DNA of 64,000 nt from Nitrososphaeria archaeon (GTDB lineage: Archaea; Thermoproteota; Nitrososphaeria; Conexivisphaerales; DTJL01): positions 24-64,023 of the forward strand of contig JARVJU010000011.1 of the NCBI GenBank assembly GCA_029775965.1. The letters are read 5' to 3'. Each line of letters begins with the position of its first letter. Positions within the stretch are counted from its first letter, which is position 1. Positions 1 to 9,145 of the stretch are shown here, one piece after another. The translations under genes and the position numbers were made by a program. The notes under the pieces are model-generated. The model saw only the letters and a list, made by a program, of their open reading frames with translations. It was not told the origin of the DNA and ran no database searches.

Positions 1-782
1 TGTTAATTCTTAGAAGGACAGTCCCAGAGTCTGCTAGGTGGCTTGCGATGCGCGGCAACCTAGAAAAGGCGAAAGATTCTGAAGAAATCATTGTTGGCAA
101 GTCTGACGACCTAAAGAGTGTTAAAGGAGAGAAGGTATCATTGCTAAAGCTCTTCAGCGGTAAGTATATCAAATGGACAATCTTCTTCGGTCTCGCATGG
201 TTCGCGTATGATGTAGCCTTTTACGGTATAGGTCTGTTCAATCCATACATCTTGGAACTGCTTGGATTGACTCACAGATTGTCTGTACTCGGATCTGCTG
301 TCTTTGCAACCTTTGCAATAATCGGCTCCGTTCTCTGTGTGCTGACAGTGGACGTTTGGGGAAGAAAGTTAGTTACAGCACTCGGCTTTTTGGGCATGTC
401 TATCTCTCTGCTTGTTTTGGCGTACATAGGTCTAACAGTCCCAAGGGAAGCATTCACCGTAGGAAGCATTGCAGTAGGAATAGTAGCCATGTTCGTAGTC
501 TTTGAAATCTTTCAAGCTTGGGGTTTCGGAACGACAGATTTTATCTACGGTCAAGAGCTCTTTCCGACATCAGCAAGATCAACTGGACAGGGATGGGGGA
601 CAACAATAAGCAGGATAGGTGCCGTTCTAGGTCTGACCACTTTTCCCTCTATAGTTGCAATATACGGCATTGGTTATGGTCTATTATTCTTCGGTGTATT
701 TGCTATCCTTGGATTGCTACTTACTTTGTTTATGGCTCCCGAAACGAAGGGTAGAGCTCTTGAAGAGATAACGTCAGGCTAA
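1..782 (+). CDS. MFS transporter, sugar-porter-like (C-terminal part; 5' end lies left of the window)
   Basis: The frame is open from nt 3. Translation upstream of the listed Met reads LILRRTVPESARWLAMRG (the PESxRW central-loop motif). The C-terminus has PETKGRALEEI, and there are about six hydrophobic spans. Confidence 0.8.
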   Translation, partial: LILRRTVPESARWLAMRGNLEKAKDSEEIIVGKSDDLKSVKGEKVSLLKLFSGKYIKWTIFFGLAWFAYDVAFYGIGLFNPYILELLGLTHRLSVLGSAVFATFAIIGSVLCVLTVDVWGRKLVTALGFLGMSISLLVLAYIGLTVPREAFTVGSIAVGIVAMFVVFEIFQAWGFGTTDFIYGQELFPTSARSTGQGWGTTISRIGAVLGLTTFPSIVAIYGIGYGLLFFGVFAILGLLLTLFMAPETKGRALEEITSG

Positions 783-974
783 AAATTCAGCCCATAACAA
801 TCATTTTTATTGCCATATCAAAGGAGTGTATGATATCTCTTTCCATACCAGGGTTGGGGTCTTTTAGTTTCTCTCTCTAAAGTAAAAATTAGCTCACTAC
901 ACATCAAAAGCAGAATTTGTCAATAATACGAGGCCAACCCATAACACAATCAAGTACTCATAAAAGGAAACTGA

Positions 975-1772
975 CTACCACGCTTCGATTATTTCACTGA
1001 AGGATCGTAGTGTGAAGTCTGGCCTTGCTGTGCTTTGAGCAGAAACATCATTAGATTCACCGAGCATGAGGACAGAAGTTATTCCTGATTTGTTCGCCAT
1101 TTTTATATCTGTATAAGGCCTATCACCAAAGATAACCGTATCGTCAGGATTTACTTTCATTTTTTGTAACCCATACTCTAACATTAAACGATTCGGTTTT
1201 CCTGTTATAGCGACTGGCCTTTTACCTGTAGCAGTTTGTATCAGGCTTAGAAAAGAACCTACATCTGGCTGATAGCCTCCATTTGTTGGGCATAAAATGT
1301 CAGGATGGGTAGCGATATATGGGATTCCTAGCATGATCATCCTGGTGGCCTTTGCCAGTCTTTTATATGTCAGTGTAGTATCAAAGGCTATGACTACCAT
1401 TTCGGGATGGACTGATGTGAGACTTATCCCTGCAGATGCAAACTCTCTCCTTACAGCCGGAACTGCTAAAGCATACACAGATGATATGCTATGATCTTTC
1501 AGATATTTTATTGCTACTTGAGTAGAAACAAGTAGATCTTCTCTTTTTATTGTTACCCCTAGGATCGTGCTAATCCTTACTGCATGCTGGGCAGAGCTGA
1601 AAGAGGAATTGTTAGTCATGATAAGGAACTTCTTCCCCTTCGAAGCTAACAGACGCAAGAACGCTGAAGCCCCCTTTGTTCTTTTTCTCCCGACGTACAA
1701 AGTACCATCTCCATCTAATATGAAAAGGCTCTTGCTGTCTAATATACTGGCAAGTCGCTTGGCATCATGCAT
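975..1772 (-). CDS. HAD-superfamily hydrolase, subfamily IIA (NagD / sugar-phosphatase-like)
   Basis: HAD motifs are present: FILDGDGTLY (DxDGT), MTNNSS, GKP, and GDRPYTDI. Confidence 0.75.
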   Translation of the reverse strand: MHDAKRLASILDSKSLFILDGDGTLYVGRKRTKGASAFLRLLASKGKKFLIMTNNSSFSSAQHAVRISTILGVTIKREDLLVSTQVAIKYLKDHSISSVYALAVPAVRREFASAGISLTSVHPEMVVIAFDTTLTYKRLAKATRMIMLGIPYIATHPDILCPTNGGYQPDVGSFLSLIQTATGKRPVAITGKPNRLMLEYGLQKMKVNPDDTVIFGDRPYTDIKMANKSGITSVLMLGESNDVSAQSTARPDFTLRSFSEIIEAW

Positions 1773-1952
1773 GCTTCGATGATCATTGTAGCGATTTTTA
1801 AGTATTGGGAGGCTTAAAAGAAGATCATTCTTTGCAATATTATGGGTAGCTCAAATAACTCTTGTGGTTCACTAAGCTGAACAGGCAAGTGTAATCTTCA
1901 CTACAAGAAAACATGCTACATACTAGAGAAAAGGGTAACCAGTCGAAGGGCT

Positions 1953-2405
1953 CTATGCAGCGAGCTTACTAGGTATGCAGTTCACTATCTGGGTGGATAT
2001 AGTAGTAGCTACAGTCTCAAGTCTGGTCTTTCCAAGCAACTTCTCTATAAGACCAGCATCAAGTGTTGCAACCCATTTTAAGTGCGATGATGCATCCCCA
2101 CTAACGCTCATTGTTATAGATACTGTAATCTTAACACCTGCTGACCTTCCCTCTCCTTTTAGGAAAATCTGATGCTGCATTTCTAATAGCTCGAAATTCA
2201 TTTTGACTGTTATGTTTCTTAAATAACTAACAGCAATACTACTTGGAAGTTCTAGCTTGAATAGAGCTTCAAATTTATTTTCATCCTTTATCTCGAACTT
2301 CTCGAGATTTGGTATACATCCAGCGAATCTACTTGGGTCTCTAATAAAAGCCAAAATTCTAATGCTCGGAATGCTGAAGTCAGCACTTCCCTTTACCGAT
2401 ATCAC
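1953..2405 (-). CDS. CoxG-like / SRPBCC-fold protein, translationally coupled to the G3P dehydrogenase
   Basis: 150 aa. The GTG start overlaps the upstream stop (GTGA at 2402-2405). The N-terminus (SVKGSADFSIP...RDPSRFAGCIPNLEKFE) resembles the CoxG/SRPBCC family. Confidence 0.55.
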   Translation of the reverse strand: MISVKGSADFSIPSIRILAFIRDPSRFAGCIPNLEKFEIKDENKFEALFKLELPSSIAVSYLRNITVKMNFELLEMQHQIFLKGEGRSAGVKITVSITMSVSGDASSHLKWVATLDAGLIEKLLGKTRLETVATTISTQIVNCIPSKLAA

Positions 2406-3601
2406 GAGCTGATCTTCTCCTCTGCAAGAGCTAACGACATACCAGGCTCGTATACCTCTTCTGCGATACTGCCTTTGACAGGCGTGGATTCGAATGCTGA
2501 AGATAAACGTAGGCTTTTCGTCTGGCTTTCAGCCTTAAGGCCTAGTTTTTCACATACAAGGTCTGAAACACTTTCTGCCATCAGCCTCGAAGTTGTCAGC
2601 TTTCCACCAATTACCGAGATTATCCAATCGTCATCAATAACTTGGAAATCTCTTGTCGTTTCTCTTGGGTCGCTCCCTCTTACCAAAGGCCTAGCTGAAA
2701 AATATAATCTCGAGTATTGTAGATCCGATATCGACGGGATAAGCTGGGCACCTTGTTCCTGCAGGAGCTTAATATCATCTTCCGATATTTCTATTTTGTC
2801 TAGATCCTCTACCAATTGCGCTGTGGTGCCAAGTATACTTCTTTCATAGAAAGGCACTATTATGTCTCCATCTGAGGGAGCTCTAAGACGATTGATCACA
2901 CTATGAACCAGCTTTCTCTCATAAACAAGCATAATTCCAAGTGCAGGCATGAGTTCTATTTCCTTGCCAGAAGCACGCAAAAGCTTGGCAGCCCAGGGAC
3001 CAGTTGCGTTAACTACTATTTTGGCTTTTACGTCGCCCTTATCTGTTTTTATTACCTTGCCTGATGGATTCAACTCTGATACCCTATTTCGTAGAAGGAA
3101 CTTTGCACCCTTTCTCTTAGCATACGTAGCTGCGCTGTAGAAGAATCTAAAAGGGTCCAATACCATATCATCTACTTTTACTGCGAAGTCTACTTCTTTT
3201 GTAAGTTGTGGTTCTACCTTCAGCAAAGACGCAACTTCAATTTTCTCGAAACTGATACCACACTGAGCTAGAGCATTTACAAACGTATCAATATATCTAT
3301 CTTGTTCTCCCTTCAAATGGACGAAGAATCCTCCCCTAGAGACGATTGCAAATGGTGCCATCCTAGCTAATGTTTTGCTTTCTTCTCTGCATTCTTTCGC
3401 TGCTTGCTTATCATCTACAGCGTACCTAGCACCACTATGAAGGAGTCCATGGAACTTGCCTGAGGTACCACTCAACAAGGATCCTTTTTCTATCACTATA
3501 ACCGAAAGTCCACGAAGTGTTAAGTCCAACGCAGTAAATATTCCTGTTGCCCCGCCCCCTATAACTGCTACATCAGCTTCCATGACTGATTTTAAATCCA
3601 T
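2402..3601 (-). CDS. FAD-dependent glycerol-3-phosphate dehydrogenase, short GlpA-type
   Basis: The dinucleotide-binding motif DVAVIGGGATGIFTALDL is followed by GTSGKFHGLLHSGARYAV, typical of GlpA/GlpD. It is only 399 aa, and no glpB/glpC lies nearby. Confidence 0.75.
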   Translation of the reverse strand: MDLKSVMEADVAVIGGGATGIFTALDLTLRGLSVIVIEKGSLLSGTSGKFHGLLHSGARYAVDDKQAAKECREESKTLARMAPFAIVSRGGFFVHLKGEQDRYIDTFVNALAQCGISFEKIEVASLLKVEPQLTKEVDFAVKVDDMVLDPFRFFYSAATYAKRKGAKFLLRNRVSELNPSGKVIKTDKGDVKAKIVVNATGPWAAKLLRASGKEIELMPALGIMLVYERKLVHSVINRLRAPSDGDIIVPFYERSILGTTAQLVEDLDKIEISEDDIKLLQEQGAQLIPSISDLQYSRLYFSARPLVRGSDPRETTRDFQVIDDDWIISVIGGKLTTSRLMAESVSDLVCEKLGLKAESQTKSLRLSSAFESTPVKGSIAEEVYEPGMSLALAEEKISS

Positions 3602-3720
3602 GTAGGATATAAATGAGACCTACAAAATATGCCTGCTACTGCAACAACTTCTTTGTACAGCTGATGCCTTTCTCATAATAAGCTTTATAATACTGTTAAT
3701 CTAAAAAATATAGACTATAA

Positions 3721-5130
3721 TTACTCGTCGTCTTTGCCTACCTGTACTGTGCTTTCCTGGAGCACTAGCTGATGCGGTCTGTACTTCGCTCTAGCTATCT
3801 GCTCAAGACTAAGCCCTCTTGTCTCGGGAGTAAAGAGAATCGTAAATACGAATGCAAATGCCATTACAACTGCAAGGACTTCGAAAAATGTAAGCTTTCC
3901 CAGTGAAAGCGCTATGAAAGGAAATTCAAACGCACTTAGAAATGATACAAAACGTGTTATGCCGGTTGCTGCACCCATCGAGGCAGATCTGAGCTTTGTT
4001 GGCAGCAGTTCTATTGCATAGAGACCCATTGTGTTTCCTGGTCCTAGATTCCCTATACCATACCAAAGAATGAGACCAAGTATTCCCAAGGCATATACTA
4101 AGGCACCCGTATAACCAGACGCGACAGCAATGAGTATCATACCAAGAGTCATCCCACCAAAACCGATTATTTGCAGTATTCTTCTTCCTGTTTTATCATT
4201 GAGATACGCAGCTCCAAGGGCACCTAAGAATCCAGGTACATAAAGTGCGGCTGACAGTAGAATACTGAGTGATCCCTTAAATCCAAGAGCAGCCAGAATC
4301 AGAGGGGAATAAAGACCGAACCCGTAAGCTCCAATATCATAAGCAATCCATTGAGTCCAGACTATTGCTGTCCGCTTTAGATTTTCTCCCTTAAATAAAG
4401 CTACTACTGAACCAGAAGATATTTTTTCTAAAACCTTCTTCTCTTCAAGAAGGGCATTAATATCAGACTCAGAGATGCCCGTTTCTACAGAGAGATTCTT
4501 TGTCTCGCTTACGGCTGAGCTACCCTGGGATACTACCTTCCATCTAGAAGACTCTGGCATCCTTGTTCTTAGGAAGACTGTTATCAGAGCTGGCACTGCA
4601 CCAAGGCCGAGAGCATACCTCCATGCTTGGAGCGGTGTGATTAGATAAAACAGATACCCTAAAAGGAAAGAGATGCCAGCCCCTATACTCCAGAATGCCC
4701 AAACCCAACCATATCCCTTACCTCTCTGTTGATTTGGATACATTTCAGTGGCATATACAGGGCTTAGTGCATAATCTGCCCCTACACCCCATCCTATGAA
4801 GAATCTAAATATTATCATTTGAATGATATTTGTAGAAAGGGCACTCAGCACTGCAAACACTACAAAGAAGAGAAGGTCAAAAATGTACAAATACCTTCTT
4901 CCAATCCTATCCGAATAATGTCCGAAAAGAAACGCACCGACCATAGCACCCAACAGCGCCGAGCCACTTACAAAAGCAAGCTCAAACCGTGTATACTCGA
5001 AGAACTTGTACTGTGTCAATATAAACGTAAATACCGATATAACGCTCAGGTCGTATCCATCGAGCAGATAGCCCATAGCCGAAAGCACTGTATAGGTAGA
5101 CCTCTTTGGTACACTCATCGATGCTCTCAT
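3721..5130 (-). CDS. MFS transporter, sugar-porter-like
   Basis: About 12 hydrophobic spans. Motifs: SDRIGRRYLY (loop 2-3), MPESSRWKVV, PETRGLSLEQI. Confidence 0.8.
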   Translation of the reverse strand: MRASMSVPKRSTYTVLSAMGYLLDGYDLSVISVFTFILTQYKFFEYTRFELAFVSGSALLGAMVGAFLFGHYSDRIGRRYLYIFDLLFFVVFAVLSALSTNIIQMIIFRFFIGWGVGADYALSPVYATEMYPNQQRGKGYGWVWAFWSIGAGISFLLGYLFYLITPLQAWRYALGLGAVPALITVFLRTRMPESSRWKVVSQGSSAVSETKNLSVETGISESDINALLEEKKVLEKISSGSVVALFKGENLKRTAIVWTQWIAYDIGAYGFGLYSPLILAALGFKGSLSILLSAALYVPGFLGALGAAYLNDKTGRRILQIIGFGGMTLGMILIAVASGYTGALVYALGILGLILWYGIGNLGPGNTMGLYAIELLPTKLRSASMGAATGITRFVSFLSAFEFPFIALSLGKLTFFEVLAVVMAFAFVFTILFTPETRGLSLEQIARAKYRPHQLVLQESTVQVGKDDE

Positions 5131-5167
5131 TGGGAATTAAAACCCCTAAGTTATATATAAGTTTTTC

Positions 5168-5185
5168 AGATCAGATATCGCGCAG
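5168..5185. repeat. 18-bp direct repeat AGATCAGATATCGCGCAG flanking the IS (left copy)
   Basis: It has a perfect identical copy at 6231-6248 in the same orientation, and it abuts the left inverted repeat of the IS. Confidence 0.85.
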
Positions 5186-5200
5186 TGTTTTATCCACAAA

Positions 5201-5644
5201 TCATTCCACCCCTCCTGTCAGCAATGATGGGTCCATCAGTACCTCCTTTTCCGGCATCCTCTGATAGAACATCCTGATCGGAGTCTCGAGCTTCGATATG
5301 TCGAACGCACAGTGGGGCCTCACACAGTTGTACCAGTACATGAAATCCTCTATCGAGGAGAAGAACTTGACCTTCTTCTCGAACACGTCGAAGAACTTCT
5401 CTATCTTGCCATTTGTTTGGGGGTGCCTCACCCTACCGATGATCAGCCTAATCCTGTTCTTCAGCAGGTATTTCTCGAACTCTGTCAACCCCTTCTCCCT
5501 GGCAACGGACTCCACAGCGTAGAAGGTGGAGCCGTGGTCACACAGTATGGAAGCCAGCTTTCCATACTTCGTGATGGCAGAATCGAGCACCTCCACGGAC
5601 ACCTTTGAGGTTGGTATACAATCCTTCCCGTGTCCAAGAATCAT
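5201..5644 (-). CDS. Transposase C-terminal part (rve integrase core; second D and E of the DDE triad)
   Basis: It contains LCDHGSTFY (second Asp) and HPQTNGKIEKFF (Glu). Its frame stays open upstream of the Met and reads GPWWKGEWLVCYEDDSSRMILG. Confidence 0.75.
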   Translation of the reverse strand: MILGHGKDCIPTSKVSVEVLDSAITKYGKLASILCDHGSTFYAVESVAREKGLTEFEKYLLKNRIRLIIGRVRHPQTNGKIEKFFDVFEKKVKFFSSIEDFMYWYNCVRPHCAFDISKLETPIRMFYQRMPEKEVLMDPSLLTGGVE

Positions 5645-6123
5645 CCTGGAGGAATCGTCTTCGTAGCATACAAGCCATTCTCCCTTCCACCATGGCCCTT
5701 TATCTCGTGCCAGTCAGCATGCCATAAGGAGTTGGAGTGTTCCCTCTCGTACCGTATCCACTTCTTCCTTACGTGCTTCCTAGGCTCGTTCAACGCAAGA
5801 CCCTCCTCCACTAGTATCCTGTGTATTCTGTTGTGGTTGATCCTGACGCCACGTGCAAGCAGTACCTCCTCCAGATAACATGCGCACAGCCTGTATATAC
5901 AGTACATCTCTTTAACGATTCTTCTTTCATATTCAGTGATATCGGGGGACCGGTGCCTGCCCGCCTTCTTGAGGACAGGCACTTTCCCTGTCCTCCTGTA
6001 TTCCCTGTGAAGTTGCTGCACCCTGCTGACAGATACGCCCATGGCGTACGCTATGTCCCTGTTCTTCCTCTTACCGTCCGACTTGGACCTGACGATCCAT
6101 TCGACCTGGTTCTGTTCGAGCAT
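5641..6123 (-). CDS. Transposase N-terminal part (HTH region plus first catalytic Asp)
   Basis: It contains RDIAYAMGVSVSRVQQLHREY (HTH-like) and SLWHADWHEIKG (WxxDxT-type first Asp). The start is set at the first Met inside the IS boundary; the listed ORF start at 6285 lies outside the right inverted repeat. Confidence 0.65.
   Translation of the reverse strand: MLEQNQVEWIVRSKSDGKRKNRDIAYAMGVSVSRVQQLHREYRRTGKVPVLKKAGRHRSPDITEYERRIVKEMYCIYRLCACYLEEVLLARGVRINHNRIHRILVEEGLALNEPRKHVRKKWIRYEREHSNSLWHADWHEIKGHGGRENGLYATKTIPPG
5695..5701 (-). other. A_AAG_GGC heptamer at the point where the two transposase frames join (-1 relationship)
   Basis: The minus strand reads GAG ATA AAG GGC CAT in the upstream frame. 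The downstream frame is -1 and reads AAA GGG CCA TGG. This fits the X_XXY_YYZ pattern. Confidence 0.35.
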
Positions 6124-6230
6124 GGCATGCCCGTACTTCCTCCAGAGTGAGCTCCAAAACTCACCCAGTCTTGTCCGCTTTACTATGCTGTCTATTCCTA
6201 CTAGGGGGTGTAATAATTTCCGGATAACAG

Positions 6231-6248
6231 AGATCAGATATCGCGCAG
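6231..6248. repeat. 18-bp direct repeat AGATCAGATATCGCGCAG flanking the IS (right copy)
   Basis: Identical to 5168-5185. Confidence 0.85.
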
Positions 6249-6299
6249 CGATAAGGCTAAGAATAACTCTGCATATAATAATCATCTGATATATGAAAT

Positions 6300-7070
6300 A
6301 TGCTCTCCAAACATACTCTTCAAGGTGGATATAGCTATTCTACAATCCATCTTAAGCATAGCCATGCTTCTTCTTCGGCCTCTTGTAATCCTGCAGCTTC
6401 TCTACACTAGCACCATCGAACTATGCATCGCTTTGCTTTAGTGGACGAGTTCTTCCTCACTCTTATTACAGGCTCTATATGCTTCGAGTAAAGGGTCCAG
6501 AAGTTGTCTTTCGAATCCTATGCTCATCTGCTGTAGCTTTGACACATGAGCTTTGGATGATGCTCTCTCAACAAGAGGCTTCAGCGTTCTGCCATCATAG
6601 ACAGACTCTTTACACTCCATCGAAAGTATCTTCCCATCCCCATGTATCTATTGCAAAATGCACTTTGATGAAGCGTCTTTTAACATTCCACTTCTACCTT
6701 ATCTATCCGCTCACCTCTGTTCGAGACATTAACGGCTGACGAATTAATAGCTATGGTGACATTCTTCTTTTCTTCAGGTCAACTTCAGGATCAAGTTCTA
6801 ACTTCACTTTCTGTATCCTGTAGTATATGGTGGCGAACTCGGGAACTCTTTTGAGTGCCTCTACGTGCTTTGACATTGTTCTTACGAACCCTTTCAGCTG
6901 CCTTTAGGGAAGAAGGTATGCTTGCATGGCTCCGAGCATGCTCATTAATGAGCATGGATTGCGATACATTGCTCATTCCTTCCCTTTGTTGATGCTTCTT
7001 AACTCTTTTTTTATCTAAATAAAAAATCTGTATCAAATAGCAGCTCTCCTCCCTTAACAAGAACCTCATT
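6300..7070 (-). pseudogene. Decayed IS4/IS5-superfamily DDE transposase (multiple stops and frameshifts)
   Basis: The minus-strand translation, spread across frames, gives RQLKGFVRTMSKHVEALKRVPEFATIYYRIQKVKLEL, NVTIAINSSAVNVSNRGERI and KWNVKRRFIKVHFAIDTWG. This matches the archaeal IS pattern AIDSTG..V.NRGEW....KW.VKRGFIKVH.AVD. It is interrupted by at least 5 stops and the first Asp is replaced by Asn. Boundaries are approximate. Confidence 0.55.
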
Positions 7071-7414
7071 ATACTCCCTCCAGTATTTCTTCTTTGTGAC
7101 CAATTCTAGCCTGAGAGGAATGAACTATCTTAATACGGAATGAAAAAGGCCAACAAACGGCTCAGTCATTCACCATACCAGATTACGCCTGATAAAGACT
7201 CGCTCCTTTTGTTTCCAAGCTAGTCTCTACAAGGTATAGCCTCAGATGAGGAAGCAGGCACGAGTCAATGACTCTCCACCTCTTATCCCCAGTTGGATAC
7301 ATGATAGCTTTAGTATCTATAATTTGAGAAGAAATCTATATCGAAAAGCGCATACCGAATGCTAGGTTCCTATAGCCTATGAAGCAAACAGTGACCGATT
7401 CTTCTTACCATTGT

Positions 7415-8926
7415 TCAAGTCCATCTTTTACATCTTTCAATAGCACGCTTCCATCCTTTGTATAGAGAGTCTCTCTCCTTGCCAGTTAATCTTGGCTCAA
7501 AAAACTTACCTGACTCCTTCGTGTCAATAAGATCAGATAGAGTCATCCATAAATCAGAAGCAAGACCAGCCATATAAGCTGCACCGACAGCCGTCATTTC
7601 AGTCCTTTTAGCCTTTATTATGTTGCGCCCAAGTAGATCTGCCAGAAGGTGGAGAAAGTTTTCATTCTCTGTCATGCCTCCATCGACCATCAGTTCACGA
7701 ATTTCCATTCCAGTATCTTTTTGCATAACATCCAAGACATCTCTCGTCTGATAACACGTCGCTTCAAGAGCTGCAGAAAGTATATGACGTGCTGTAGTAT
7801 AGTGGGTTAGTCCTATTATTAGGCCTCTAGCTCTAGAGTCCCAGTAGGGGGCAAACAACCCGGAAAATGCAGGAACGAAATATAATCCTTGTAAGCTTGC
7901 TTCAGGCACGACATCCAGTTTGCTATTTGTGTTAGTCTCCATTCTGATGTTAAGATTTTTCTGCAACCAATTTAGAACAATTCCGCTTGAGGGTATTGAA
8001 CCTTCAATAGCATACTTTAAGCCTATCTTTAGCCCTGAGAATGCAACTGTAGTTATCAATTTATTCTTTGATAAAAGTGGCTTAGGACCTATGTTTTGCA
8101 GGATGAAAGAACCAGTACCATACGTGCACTTTGTGTCGCCAATGTTAACGCATAACTCTCCAAAGAGAGATGCTTGTTGGTCTCCTAGGCATGCTGTAAT
8201 AGGAATCTGACGCTGGAAGATACTATCCTGAGATGTATAACCTAACGGTCCATATGATGAGCTAGGAACAATTTCTGGTAGCATAGAGTCGGGGATCCCA
8301 AATAATTGCATGATATCTTCGCACCATTCCAGACTTCGTATGTTCATCAACATGGTCCTTGATGCATTAGTGTGATCTGTGACATGAAGAGGTCTGGTGT
8401 GTTTTTTGCCACCTGTTAAATTCCATATTAACCAACTATCCATAGTTCCGAACAAAAGATTACTAGATGTGATATGCATCTTAGCTTGTGGCACATTTTC
8501 AAGTATCCATGCAATCTTACTTGCTGAGAAATAAGGGCTGAGAGTTAATCCAGTCTTCTGGAATATCCATTCGCTCTTGTCTTTGTGTTTGCCGCAGATA
8601 TACTCTGTTCTTACATCCTGCCAAAGTATTGCGTTGTATACAGGCTTACCTGTTCTTTTGTTCCAGATAACTGTGGTTTCACGCTGGTTAGCAATTCCGA
8701 TCGCTGACACGGAGTTTGGTTCTATCTTTCCTTTCCTAAGAGCTTCTTTTACAACAGAGTATGTATTAAGTAATATTTGAGTCGCGTCAATCTCTGACCA
8801 TCCTGCTTGCGGATATACGATATTGTTGGGTCTGTAGGCATAAGAAACTATGTTCTTATTGCTATCCATTATCAAGCATCTTGTTCCGCTTGTGCCTAGG
8901 TCTATTGCAGCTATCAATTCGTCCAT
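7415..8926 (-). CDS. glpK: Glycerol kinase
   Basis: 503 aa. Has the FGGY signatures AIDLGTSGTRC, GIANQRETTVIWN and DGGMTENENFLHLLADLLG. Confidence 0.9.
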   Translation of the reverse strand: MDELIAAIDLGTSGTRCLIMDSNKNIVSYAYRPNNIVYPQAGWSEIDATQILLNTYSVVKEALRKGKIEPNSVSAIGIANQRETTVIWNKRTGKPVYNAILWQDVRTEYICGKHKDKSEWIFQKTGLTLSPYFSASKIAWILENVPQAKMHITSSNLLFGTMDSWLIWNLTGGKKHTRPLHVTDHTNASRTMLMNIRSLEWCEDIMQLFGIPDSMLPEIVPSSSYGPLGYTSQDSIFQRQIPITACLGDQQASLFGELCVNIGDTKCTYGTGSFILQNIGPKPLLSKNKLITTVAFSGLKIGLKYAIEGSIPSSGIVLNWLQKNLNIRMETNTNSKLDVVPEASLQGLYFVPAFSGLFAPYWDSRARGLIIGLTHYTTARHILSAALEATCYQTRDVLDVMQKDTGMEIRELMVDGGMTENENFLHLLADLLGRNIIKAKRTEMTAVGAAYMAGLASDLWMTLSDLIDTKESGKFFEPRLTGKERDSLYKGWKRAIERCKRWT

Positions 8927-9145
8927 CTCTATATTCCACTGCCAATAATAATTTTACCATTACATGGCGGACAAGTTGAGTTAGCTGAACTGACACTTTT
9001 ACACTAATTTTTGCCACTTCGAGACAGTAGGCAGAATTTCCAATATGTCCAGCATACTTTTTGATTGTATACTATCAGATTAGCCTAGGGTAAGGGGCTG
9101 TATCAGGCGGCTAAACTCTTTGGCCAAGGGCTAATTACAAATAAA

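Larger units (their letters stand above)
5186..6230 (-). mobile_element. IS481/IS3-like insertion sequence (about 1.05 kb) with imperfect terminal inverted repeats
   Basis: The left end is TGTTTTATCCACAAATCATTCCACCCCT. The reverse complement of the right end is (C)TGTTATCCGGAAATTATTACACCCCC, matching at about 21 of 26 aligned positions. It encodes an rve-type DDE transposase. It is visibly GC-richer than its surroundings: hand counts gave 38/60 and 30/60 G+C on two 60-nt lines inside, versus 20/60 on a host line. Confidence 0.75.
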
